Shown piece after piece: positions 49,601 to 57,950 of a stretch of DNA of 64,000 nt; the first letter of the stretch is position 1; each line of letters begins with the position of its first letter. The stretch covers positions 864,001 through 928,000 of the forward strand of contig CAXXMB010000001.1 of assembly GCA_963668675.2 (NCBI GenBank), in the 5' to 3' direction. Source of the stretch: an uncultured Desulfatitalea sp. GTDB taxonomy: Bacteria > Desulfobacterota > Desulfobacteria > Desulfobacterales > Desulfosarcinaceae. Made by a program: the position numbers and the translations under genes. Below the pieces are notes generated by a model that saw nothing but the letters and a program-made list of their open reading frames with translations, did no database searches and was not told the origin of the DNA.

Positions 49601-49909
49601 TCAGAATTGCATGCGCTTGATTTCATCATAGGCGGCGATGATCTTGTTGCGCACCTCCATGGTCAACTCCATGGCGATGCTCGCCTTCTGCATCGCAATC
49701 ATCGTGCTGTGAATGTCTTTGCTCTCACCGCTCAACAACTTTTGAGTCGCCTCATCGGACGTTTTCTGCAACTCGTTCACCTCGCCGATGGATTGCTCGA
49801 GCCACTTTCCGAAGCTCGCCTGTGTCCCCTCTTTATCCTGCGCTGCCGGTGCAATACGTTGAGTTCCCGGCAACATACCTGCGGATTGTATTGGATTGAT
49901 GACGGACAT
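49601..49909 (-). CDS. fliE: Hook-basal body protein FliE
   Basis: HSTMIAMQKA, EVRNKIIAAYDEIKRMQ. Confidence 0.95.
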   Translation of the reverse strand: MSVINPIQSAGMLPGTQRIAPAAQDKEGTQASFGKWLEQSIGEVNELQKTSDEATQKLLSGESKDIHSTMIAMQKASIAMELTMEVRNKIIAAYDEIKRMQF

Positions 49910-49916
49910 TTTCTAA

Positions 49917-50354
49917 TTACCTTCCTATATCCAAGGCGTCGGAAGCCATCTCTTTAGTGGCTCTGATCGCTGTTACATTGGCTTCGTAGCTTCTCGTAGC
50001 GGAGATCATGTTGACCATCTCCTCGACGACATTGATGTTGGGCAGGGCGACAAAGCCTTCGCCGTCGGCATCCGGATGGGTGGGATCGAATTTCAGGATA
50101 GGCGGCCGTTCGTCATCCCGAATCTCGGTGACTTCCACGCCCACATTGGCTTCGTCGAGACGCTTCTCTAACTGTTGTCTGAAATCGGGTTGGGATGCTT
50201 TCGCTTCAAAAACCGCATCTTTACGCCGGTAGGGGCCACCATTCTCGGTTCGGGTCGTATTGACATTGGCCAGGTTGCTGGAAATAAGGTTCATACGCAA
50301 ACGCTGGGCACTAAGGCCGCTGGCACTGGTATGCAGGGCGTCAAGAAAACTCAT
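49917..50354 (-). CDS. flgC: Proximal rod protein FlgC
   Basis: SGLSAQRLRM, NLANVNTT, GPYRRK, DPTHPDAD, RSYEAN. Confidence 0.97.
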   Translation of the reverse strand: MSFLDALHTSASGLSAQRLRMNLISSNLANVNTTRTENGGPYRRKDAVFEAKASQPDFRQQLEKRLDEANVGVEVTEIRDDERPPILKFDPTHPDADGEGFVALPNINVVEEMVNMISATRSYEANVTAIRATKEMASDALDIGR

Positions 50355-50356
50355 CG

Positions 50357-50779
50357 CTACTGTCTACCTCCCTTGATGATGTTATGCAGTGCTGTGAATT
50401 TTTTAGATAATATTTGAGTCGACAGTCTATATTGCAGTTGATTGGACGACAGTGAGGACATCTCCCTGTCCATGTCCACCGTGTTTCCGTCACCTCTCAG
50501 GGTCACCTGACCGTTCAGTTGCACCTGTTGTGGCTGAATGTCGTAGGATCGGGTGCCTCCGGTTGGCAAATGGCCACCTTCGGTGCGTTGCATCTGGAGC
50601 TGCTCCCCTTTTGGCGCTTGTCGCGAAAGCGCCTCCTCGACCATCAGGTCAAAGGCTTTGTATCCTGGGGTGTCCGCGTTGGCGATGTTGGAAAGAAGGA
50701 CTTCGTGGCGCTGGGATCTCAAATCAAGCGCCCTCTGGGCGAGATCAACGGTTTTATCGAAAATTGCATCAAATTTCAT
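50357..50779 (-). CDS. flgB: Proximal rod protein FlgB
   Basis: SNIANADTPGYKA, DGNTVDMDREM. Confidence 0.96.
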   Translation of the reverse strand: MKFDAIFDKTVDLAQRALDLRSQRHEVLLSNIANADTPGYKAFDLMVEEALSRQAPKGEQLQMQRTEGGHLPTGGTRSYDIQPQQVQLNGQVTLRGDGNTVDMDREMSSLSSNQLQYRLSTQILSKKFTALHNIIKGGRQ

Positions 50780-50812
50780 TTGGGGATCGCCTCCTATCGT
50801 TACGCTGATCTG

Positions 50813-50828
50813 AGCAATTTACGTACCA
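50813..50828 (-). promoter_or_regulatory. sigma54 promoter for the flgB...flgE operon
   Basis: Minus strand TGGTAC-GTAAA-TTGCT. Confidence 0.82.
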
Positions 50829-50959
50829 ATAGAGTGCCGTAACGTTGTTGCATCTTTATGTTTCTGTAATTTAAATATAATTTAATCGTTCGGCTTCTCA
50901 GTTCCGCTCTCGCCGGCGTCATTGAACCGACAGATGCGGCAAAGCCTGCCTAGTTGGCT

Positions 50960-52006
50960 TCAACCTCTTCCGCCCACATCACAACTCACATCATCCTCGC
51001 GGTACTCCTTAAGCTTGTTACGGAGGGTACGAATGCTGATGCCGAGCATCTCAGCCGCATGGGTCCTGTTCTGATCAACATGATTCAACGTTTGCAAGAT
51101 GAGGCGCTCTTCAAGCTCTTTAACCGTCATTCCAACCAGTCGGGCAGTCGACGCGTCCGGTCCTGCGGTCAGATCCTCCTCGAGCAACAGCAATTCAGGC
51201 CCCATGAGATCACCGTTGCGAAGCAGCATGGCGCGCTCGATGGTATTTTCAAGTTCACGCACATTGCCCGGCCAGCCCCATTGCGTCAGGGTCTCCATTG
51301 CATCGCCGTCAAAGCGAATCTCTCCGCTTTCATTGGAGGATCTATATTTGATCAGAAAATGTTCGATAAATCGGGGGATATCCTTGGAACGCTCGCGCAG
51401 GGGCGGGATGGTCAGAGGTATGATTCTGAGACGATAATAGAGGTCTTTGCGAAAAAGGCCCTCTTTCACCATTTGGCTCAAATCACGGTTGGTCGTGGCG
51501 ATGATGCGCACATCCACCGGAACGGTTCCGCTGCCGCCGATGCGATCCACCTCTTTCTCCTGCAATACACGCAGCAATTTGGCTTGCAACGCCAGTGGCA
51601 TTTCACTGATCTCATCGAGCAGCAGCGTACCTCCCTGGGCCTGCTCGAACCGACCGCGTTTTCTGGCGATAGCGCCTGTAAATGCCCCCTTTTCGTAGCC
51701 GAACAGTTCGCTTTCGGCCAGATTATCGGGCAACGCGGCACAATTCATGGCGATAAAGGGATGATCCGAGCGACCGCTGCTGCGGTGGATGTACCTGGCC
51801 ATCACCTCTTTGCCGGTGCCACTCTCCCCCTGTATTAAAACCGTTGCACTGGACGGGGCGATTCGTTTGACCATCTCGAGGAGGCGCTGCATATTCTCAG
51901 CGCCCGCCACCATCTCCGTGGCCGTCGGTTTACTCTCTTTTTTTATTTTCTTTTCCAGTATGTTTTCGATGGTTTCATCGACAATAACGATCTTGGCGCC
52001 ACTCAT
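50960..52006 (-). CDS. sigma54-dependent activator, FleR/FlrC/FlgR-like, without a complete receiver domain
   Basis: GAGGAG RBS before ATG 52006; [49 protein letters not shown]. Confidence 0.88.
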   Translation of the reverse strand: MSGAKIVIVDETIENILEKKIKKESKPTATEMVAGAENMQRLLEMVKRIAPSSATVLIQGESGTGKEVMARYIHRSSGRSDHPFIAMNCAALPDNLAESELFGYEKGAFTGAIARKRGRFEQAQGGTLLLDEISEMPLALQAKLLRVLQEKEVDRIGGSGTVPVDVRIIATTNRDLSQMVKEGLFRKDLYYRLRIIPLTIPPLRERSKDIPRFIEHFLIKYRSSNESGEIRFDGDAMETLTQWGWPGNVRELENTIERAMLLRNGDLMGPELLLLEEDLTAGPDASTARLVGMTVKELEERLILQTLNHVDQNRTHAAEMLGISIRTLRNKLKEYREDDVSCDVGGRG

Positions 52007-52081
52007 TGCCCGTCTCCTCAAGTAATACGTACTGCTCTGTCTCACCCGGAACGTTTTGCCACCGGGATCTATCTGGAAAAT

Positions 52082-52097
52082 GGCAATAAACATGCCA
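52082..52097 (-). promoter_or_regulatory. sigma54 promoter for the FleR-like activator
   Basis: Minus strand TGGCAT-GTTTA-TTGCC. It lies inside the over-extended ORF call, supporting the 52006 start. Confidence 0.75.
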
Positions 52098-52170
52098 GGG
52101 TCTTTTTCAAAAATATGGGGACCACGCCCGGCACCCATCGCCTGGAAAATTTGAATTTATTTAGTAGTTC

Positions 52171-52304
52171 TGATGAGTTTGTAAATAGATCCGACAGTGC
52201 GTTTTTCGTCATGACTGCGCAGGCCTGGATCCAGTCTTTTCAGTGCTTTCCGGATGCCGGAGCACGTCCGGCATGACGTGCAAACGTCCTTTGCGAGATC
52301 GTCA
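52171..52304. mobile_element. Degenerate ~134-bp MITE-like repeat, copy 1
   Basis: TGATG.. left end, ..GTCA right end; internal GGATGCCGGAGCACGTCCGGCATGACGTG shared with 57652-57786. Confidence 0.65.
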
Positions 52305-52412
52305 CTTCTATGGGTTTTCGAAATTTTTGGAATATGAATTCACACGGCCGAACATCTTGCATCCTATGGCGGGAATGTCACTTTGTTGACGCAGGAGGAG
52401 ATCGCCTGTGAA

Positions 52413-53117
52413 TCAGGCCATCGGGTGGTTGTTTTTGGAAAAAAAATCCGTGATATGGTCGATAATATGATGATCGAGCGTTTCTGCCGGATCACCGTGT
52501 TGGGTCAGACGGAATTGCCCCTGCTCCAACCCGGGGCCGGCCTCGATGGCGATGCTCGGCTGATCGGGCCATGAGAGCCGATGCTCTTTCATCAGTTGCA
52601 TCAGATAGTTTAGGTCATCTCCGTTCATCTGAACCAGGTATCGGTTTGCAAGCGCGATGGAGCGGCGCAGGGCGCTTTTCAAATAATCCGCATCGCATGT
52701 TCCGGGGGCATCCCCGGTCACTTGCTCAACGATGGACATCGCCAAAGCGATTGAATCCTCACTGCCCTTATCCTCAGCAATCCGGGCCTGGAGGACCATG
52801 GCGTTCAGTTGCTCGATCATCTGTTTAAGGTGCGGCAACAGCGACGCCTGTGCCATCCGGCCGGCTTCTGCTCTGCCACCCTCTTGACCTCGTCCCATAG
52901 CAACTTGCTGCACCTCTTCAAGGAAGGCCGCCAGCTCTTTTCCCTTTAAATGCTGATGATCCCCGGAGGCAGATCCGTCTTGACGGTAGAGTGGCTGGAA
53001 AAATGCGCAGGCATTGTCTGCTTCAGGCGCCTCCGCGGCCGGTTCTTCTGCTGGGCTGCAAAGGGGCTTGAATTCACAGGCGGCGGGCGGATCCTGATGG
53101 TTATCTGTTTTACCCAT
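52413..53117 (-). CDS. Divergent standalone FliH/SctL-like protein
   Basis: A..RGQEGGRAEA GxxxG-type helix, IALAMSIVEQV, VQMNGDDL, IEAGPGLEQGQFRL matching the FliH C-terminal pattern; between the two activators. Confidence 0.65.
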   Translation of the reverse strand: MGKTDNHQDPPAACEFKPLCSPAEEPAAEAPEADNACAFFQPLYRQDGSASGDHQHLKGKELAAFLEEVQQVAMGRGQEGGRAEAGRMAQASLLPHLKQMIEQLNAMVLQARIAEDKGSEDSIALAMSIVEQVTGDAPGTCDADYLKSALRRSIALANRYLVQMNGDDLNYLMQLMKEHRLSWPDQPSIAIEAGPGLEQGQFRLTQHGDPAETLDHHIIDHITDFFSKNNHPMA

Positions 53118-53171
53118 GTTTCAAATCGATCTGTTTTTCATCATCTCGTCTTGGGGTTGCCAAACGCAGGG

Positions 53172-54248
53172 TCAGGCACACTTCTGCAGGTCGTAACGCT
53201 TTATCTTCTCCACCAGTGTCGTTCGTTTCACCTGGAGCAGCTTGGCAGCTTTGTTTTTCACCCAGTCTGTTTTTTCAAGAGATTGATAGATCAGGTTTTT
53301 TTCAAATTCGCTGACCGCTGTGTTGAGACAGATCCCCTCCCTGCTCAGCTCGGGTACACTCATGCCGATATCGGGTGTGTACATAGCGCCGGCCGGTTTG
53401 ATCTTGGCAGGTAGATCGGCGACGTCCAGGACACCCTCTCCCTTCAACACCACCAATCGTTCGAGCATATTGGCCAATTCGCGTACATTACCCGGCCAGG
53501 CGTGCCTTACAAGTGTCTCCACGGCTCCCTGGGTAATGCCCTCCACCTGGGACTTTTTTTCGCGGTTGAGCTTGTTGAGGAAATAGTGTGTCAGAAGGGG
53601 GATATCGACTTGCCGATCTTTAAGAGAGGGCAGTTGAATCGGGATAACATAGAGTCTGTAAAAGAGGTCTTCACGGAAATTGCCTTTTTGGACAGCCTCT
53701 TCCAGGTCACGATGGGTTGCCGCAATGATACGCACATCCACCTTTACTGTTTTACAGCCGCCCACAGGTTCAAACTCTCGCTCTTCGAGCACCTTCAACA
53801 CTTTGACCTGTAGATCCGGACTCATATCTCCAATCTCGTCCAGAAAGATGGTACCGCCGTTGGCCACTTCAAATTTGCCGATCTTGGCCGAAGTTGCCCC
53901 GGTAAACGCGCCTTTTATATGACCGAACAGCTCGCTTTCCAGTAAGTTTTCAGGAATGGCACCGCAATTGATGGCGACAAATGGCTTTCCCCTGCGGTAT
54001 GAACTGGTATGTATGGCCTTGGCCACCAACCCTTTTCCCGTACCGGTTTCACCATTAATTAATACAGTGCTGTCGCTGTCTGCGACGCGCTCGATCAATT
54101 TAAACACGCCCTGCATCGATTTGCTTTTTCCAACGACGCCGTGAAAACTGCTATTCTGAGTAAACGCCTCCGAATCGAAACCTTCGCAGTAACAACCACC
54201 TGTTTCATCGCTGTCGCCTGGACGAACTGCCACGTTTTGCACGCTCAC
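53172..54248 (-). CDS. sigma54-dependent activator, FleQ/FlrA-like, without N-terminal regulatory domain
   Basis: [52 protein letters not shown] typical of FleQ/FlrA; only ~33 aa before the AAA+ domain. Confidence 0.88.
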   Translation of the reverse strand: MSVQNVAVRPGDSDETGGCYCEGFDSEAFTQNSSFHGVVGKSKSMQGVFKLIERVADSDSTVLINGETGTGKGLVAKAIHTSSYRRGKPFVAINCGAIPENLLESELFGHIKGAFTGATSAKIGKFEVANGGTIFLDEIGDMSPDLQVKVLKVLEEREFEPVGGCKTVKVDVRIIAATHRDLEEAVQKGNFREDLFYRLYVIPIQLPSLKDRQVDIPLLTHYFLNKLNREKKSQVEGITQGAVETLVRHAWPGNVRELANMLERLVVLKGEGVLDVADLPAKIKPAGAMYTPDIGMSVPELSREGICLNTAVSEFEKNLIYQSLEKTDWVKNKAAKLLQVKRTTLVEKIKRYDLQKCA

Positions 54249-54305
54249 CCTCCATCTGGTTTGGGTTCTATGTGGACGTTGGATTGGATGTCGGGGCTAT
54301 AAGTT

Positions 54306-54321
54306 AGCAAAGCGTGTGCCA
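54306..54321 (-). promoter_or_regulatory. sigma54 promoter for the FleQ-like activator
   Basis: Minus strand TGGCAC-ACGCT-TTGCT, a perfect -24/-12 element. Confidence 0.88.
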
Positions 54322-54805
54322 CCACACTCCAGGTCAATTGCTTTACCGCCTCAGCCCCATACCGACAGAGAGATGTTGTCACCGCTATCGGCCCTATTCA
54401 TCAATGACTACACCTTCTCCGGCATACTTGTTCAAGCAGATGGCAACTTTTTTTCTGCTTTCGCATTGCCCTCCGAAACCGATCAAATACCCATCTCAAA
54501 ATTTGCATATTGCATAATGTAAAACCCACTATCAAACCGACAGCTCGGATTCAGTGATTGTTTTTTATTTTATCGAAACCAAATTCTCGTTTTCATCAGG
54601 TCCACAAAAACATCTTATCTATACGATATATAGTCTAAATATTAATTTTATCTATTTTTATGACAACTAAAAAATACACTCACAGACCTTCCTCTCACAC
54701 CTAATATAAGGCATATGGCCCAACACATTTGCAATTTGCATAATGCAACATCCCCATAGACTCCGGAGCTGCCCTAAAAAAATCGTTTGATGAAAGAAAA
54801 AAGCC

Positions 54806-54832
54806 TAAAGTTTCATCGCAAGTGCACGATAA
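54806..54832 (+). promoter_or_regulatory. sigma28 promoter for flagellin
   Basis: TAAA(GTTT)-N15-CACGATAA, 150 nt upstream of the flagellin ATG. Confidence 0.75.
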
Positions 54833-54982
54833 CCATAGTGTCAGGCGCAATCTGAGCGGGAAAGGAGGCGACGCGATAATTTAGAGCCGGTGCTATCTGA
54901 TCTTAGTGAGGATTTCAACTGAAACAAACCTATTTAAAAGGCCAGAAGGCCGAAAAACATCCTAGAAAAGGAGAATCACACC

Positions 54983-55828
54983 ATGGCACAATCCATTACA
55001 CTTACCTCGGGAATGAGAAAAAACCTGTTCAGTCTGCAGAAGACCCAGCAGATGCTGGAAACCACCCAGACCCGTCTGGCCACAGGCCTGCGTGTCCAAA
55101 AAGCTGTGGACGATCCGATCAACTACTTTACAGCTCTCGAGCATCGTCAGCGCGCTGATGACCTCTCTGTTCGTAAAGATGAAATGTCTGAATCTATTCA
55201 GTTGATCAACGCCGCCAATGATGGCGTGGAATCCATCAACGCTCTGATCGCTTCCGCCAAGTCCTTGGCACAGTCCGCCCTCTCCTCAGCCACGACCAGC
55301 GAACTGACCACTCTGGAGAGTCAATACCAGCAAGTGCTTTGCCAGATCGACCTCCTGGCGGACGACTCCAGCTACAAAGGCGTCAACCTGCTGGAAGGCA
55401 CCACGGTGACTCACACAGTCAAGTTTGACGAAAAGGGCGACTCCAGTCTGACCATGACCGGCTTCGATGCCAGCTCCACCGGCGTGACGCTGTCTCTTGT
55501 TTCCTTGACATCCCAAGATTGGGTCAGCGCGGGCGGCGTAGCCGACCTGGATGAAATCAACTCGGCCATTTCGGCTCTGGATACGGCCACCACGACACTC
55601 AGATCGGAAGCTCAGAAGCTCTCCACCAACTTGAGCACCATCACCATCCGTCAGGATTTTACCCAGGGCATGATCAACACTCTGCAGGACGGTGCCGGCA
55701 ACCTGACCAACGCCGACATGAATGAAGAGGGCGCCAACATGCTGATGCTCCAGACCCGTCAGCAACTGGGTACCACTTCGTTGAGCATGGCTTCACAGGC
55801 CGCTCAGTCGGTATTGAGACTGTTCTAA
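54983..55828 (+). CDS. fliC: Flagellin, short (281 aa), alphaproteobacterial-type termini
   Basis: ITLTSGMRKNLFSLQ, TRLATGLRV, DDPINYFTA, YKGVNLL; C-terminal ADMNEEGANMLMLQTRQQL...VLRLF. Confidence 0.95.
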   Translation: MAQSITLTSGMRKNLFSLQKTQQMLETTQTRLATGLRVQKAVDDPINYFTALEHRQRADDLSVRKDEMSESIQLINAANDGVESINALIASAKSLAQSALSSATTSELTTLESQYQQVLCQIDLLADDSSYKGVNLLEGTTVTHTVKFDEKGDSSLTMTGFDASSTGVTLSLVSLTSQDWVSAGGVADLDEINSAISALDTATTTLRSEAQKLSTNLSTITIRQDFTQGMINTLQDGAGNLTNADMNEEGANMLMLQTRQQLGTTSLSMASQAAQSVLRLF

Positions 55829-55882
55829 GGTGATCGGATAATCATTTCCTCAAAACAGATCTCTCGAACGAGATTCACTTAA

Positions 55883-55921
55883 AACGCATGCTGAAGGGGC
55901 CTCGCTCCTTCAGCATGCGTT
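55883..55921 (+). terminator. Strong hairpin after flagellin (attenuator / mRNA stabiliser)
   Basis: 15-bp perfect stem AACGCATGCTGAAGG/CCTTCAGCATGCGTT; no U-tract on the + strand; abuts the RBS of the next gene. Confidence 0.6.
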
Positions 55922-55935
55922 GAGGTAGGTGCTCC

Positions 55936-56592
55936 GTGAAAGCTGAGGAGATCCACTCAATCGATTTCACCCATGTCAAGATGGCGACCCCGCTTGACCG
56001 ACCCTCCTACGAACCGACTCGGCCAGCTCCGCAGAGACATAGTGATATCGTCACGACGCCCCCCCTTGACCACATCCGGTTCAACAAACTGGAAACGAAC
56101 AATACCCACTCTCAAGATGTGGCCAAACAGATACGCGAAGTCCACGAAACCATGAAAGAGGTGGACGGGCACCTGCAGCAGATGCAGTCCCACCTATACG
56201 GTATCGTCAAGATGTATCCGCCCTACCCTCCAGACAGCTCTGAGCGCGTGGAGGCGCTTCGCCAATTCAGCGGCCTGCGCAATATGATCGATCGTCTCGC
56301 TGCTCCGGCAGGCCCGGATGACATGAGAAAGATCATGGGCGATCCATCCCGAACCCCCCAGTCCGGAGATTGGCACATGTCCGATGAGGGCCAGTCACAG
56401 CAACTGATGATTCACCACCAACCGATTCACAGCGGCAGGGGTGGACTCGACTTGCCGGCTCCAGGCGATGTCGGAAGCGATGCCCAACTGACCGACTTGA
56501 TAAATCACACCATCTCGGCAAGAGAAACACTGCAGAACAGGCATCGGTCCTTCGTTGCCGATGCCAACCGTATCATTGTTCAAATAAGTTGA
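55936..56592 (+). CDS. Hypothetical protein, possibly a flagellin D1-derived protein
   Basis: GAGGTAGG RBS, GTG start; helices resemble flagellin ND1 and CD1 by eye; YPPYPP insert; no D0 termini. Confidence 0.65.
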   Translation: MKAEEIHSIDFTHVKMATPLDRPSYEPTRPAPQRHSDIVTTPPLDHIRFNKLETNNTHSQDVAKQIREVHETMKEVDGHLQQMQSHLYGIVKMYPPYPPDSSERVEALRQFSGLRNMIDRLAAPAGPDDMRKIMGDPSRTPQSGDWHMSDEGQSQQLMIHHQPIHSGRGGLDLPAPGDVGSDAQLTDLINHTISARETLQNRHRSFVADANRIIVQIS

Positions 56593-56608
56593 TGGCACGA
56601 AAAATGCT
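56593..56608 (+). promoter_or_regulatory. sigma54 promoter for flbT-flaF
   Basis: TGGCAC-GAAAA-ATGCT. Confidence 0.75.
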
Positions 56609-56699
56609 GGTTTAAGTTCCAGATCAAACAGTCGATATAGTAGTCAGTCCCACAGGATAAACCCGACACCCAAATTAAGCAGACAACCGGTTTTAGATC

Positions 56700-57116
56700 A
56701 TGGCACTGAAAATCACACTGAAACCCAATGAAAAGATGATCATCGGCGGAGCCGTAATCACCAACGGTCCAAACAAGGGCGAATTCATTGTGGAAAACAA
56801 TGTTCCCATTCTGCGCCAAAACAACATCCTCTCTCCGGATGATGCTGACACCCCGGCGCGCAGGATATACCTGGCCATCCAATTGATGTATGTGGACACA
56901 CCCAACCTGGGCAACTACCAGGAGCTCTATTGGAAATTAATCCGCCAGTTTGTTCAGGCAGCGCCCAGCTCGCTGGAACTGATCGACAAGATCAACGAAA
57001 TGATTTTTCGGGAAAACTACTACCAAGCGCTCAAATTGACCCAAGAGTTGATCGCGTTTGAAGAGGAGGTAATTGAACGTGCTACAATATGCAGTGAAAT
57101 CCTACCAGTCGGTTGA
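56700..57116 (+). CDS. flbT: Flagellin post-transcriptional regulator FlbT
   Basis: MALKITLKPNEKMIIGGAVITNG, PILR, ADTPARRIYLAIQLMY, YYQALK. Confidence 0.93.
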   Translation: MALKITLKPNEKMIIGGAVITNGPNKGEFIVENNVPILRQNNILSPDDADTPARRIYLAIQLMYVDTPNLGNYQELYWKLIRQFVQAAPSSLELIDKINEMIFRENYYQALKLTQELIAFEEEVIERATICSEILPVG

Positions 57117-57462
57117 TAAGGAGTCCATGACCGGGCGTGACACCGAAGCCCGTGTACTCACTCAGGGGGCGCTCAAATTACTGGACTGCCAAAAAAATTG
57201 GGATGCGCCAAACCGCAACGCCCTCCTGGATGAAGCCCTGAGATACAATCAAAGGATATGGACCTTTTTCCAGGTTGAGGTGTCCAAAGAAGAGAACCCG
57301 TTGCCGAGAAATATCAAACAGAACATCTTTCATCTCAGTCGGTTTGTCGACCAACGCATCTTCGATACCATGGCCTTTCCGGAGTCCGCCAAACTGGACA
57401 TCCTGATCAAGATCAACCAGAACATTGCAGCCGGACTGCGCGGCTCGTCTTCCGATATTTAA
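57079..57462 (+). CDS. flaF: Flagellin chaperone/regulator FlaF
   Basis: RDTEARVL, EALRYNQRIW, NPLP, LIKINQNIAAGL; GAGGAGG RBS before GTG 57079; overlaps the flbT end. Confidence 0.92.
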   Translation: MLQYAVKSYQSVDKESMTGRDTEARVLTQGALKLLDCQKNWDAPNRNALLDEALRYNQRIWTFFQVEVSKEENPLPRNIKQNIFHLSRFVDQRIFDTMAFPESAKLDILIKINQNIAAGLRGSSSDI

Positions 57463-57651
57463 ACCATTATAAAAACGCGCCGCAGGATTCGTTTTTTTTG
57501 ACCGGCGGCGCGATGCTATCCGAACGCCAAGGCCTTGCCGCTGACCTGAACAGCCATCAAATTGGCATATCAATGTCAATCGTTCGGCAATTGCATGGCG
57601 GAAACGCATCTACTATGTTCCATTTTTTTATGTTTGCTTTTGAATCAACGA

Positions 57652-57786
57652 TGATGCTCTCGCAAAAACTCCTAAAAGTCCGTTTCCCGTCATTCCGGCG
57701 AAAGCCAGAATCCATCTTTTTCATTGGCTTCTGGATGCCGGATCACGTCCGGCATGACGTGTGAACGACTTTTTACGAATCCATCA
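57652..57786. mobile_element. ~135-bp MITE-like repeat, copy 2 (best preserved)
   Basis: Imperfect TIRs TGATGCTCTCGCAAAAACTC / GACTTTTTACGAATCCATCA enclosing CGTCATTCCGGCGAAAGCCAGAATCCA...CTGGATGCCGGATCACGTCCGGCATGACG hairpins. Confidence 0.75.
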
Positions 57787-57902
57787 ACTTTCGGATTTCG
57801 CAAAATCCACCCATCGGACTCGCCGGTTCTAAAACCCGAAGGCTGAGCGTTAACTATTGCCAAATAACGTGTCCGGTTTTACCAAAAAATATAATCGTCC
57901 CA

Positions 57903-57918
57903 TGGCACCGATCTTGCT
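57903..57918 (+). promoter_or_regulatory. sigma54 promoter for the TPR-glycosyltransferase
   Basis: TGGCAC-CGATC-TTGCT, a perfect -24/-12 element. Confidence 0.88.
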
Positions 57919-57950
57919 GATGTTTTAAGCCAGGAAGAACTCAAGGGGAG

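Noticed and set aside
52007..52138. N-terminal extension of the FleR-like ORF as a sensory domain
   Set aside because: The region contains the sigma54 promoter, and a good RBS precedes ATG 52006.
54716..54732. sigma54 promoter for flagellin (TGGCCC...TTGC)
   Set aside because: GG-to-GC spacing is 2 nt too long; the sigma28 site fits better.
54838..54982. c-di-GMP-I (GEMM) riboswitch in the flagellin leader (GAAA...GACGC)
   Set aside because: Sequences flanking GAAA do not pair and the GGCAAA/GCAAA elements are missing.
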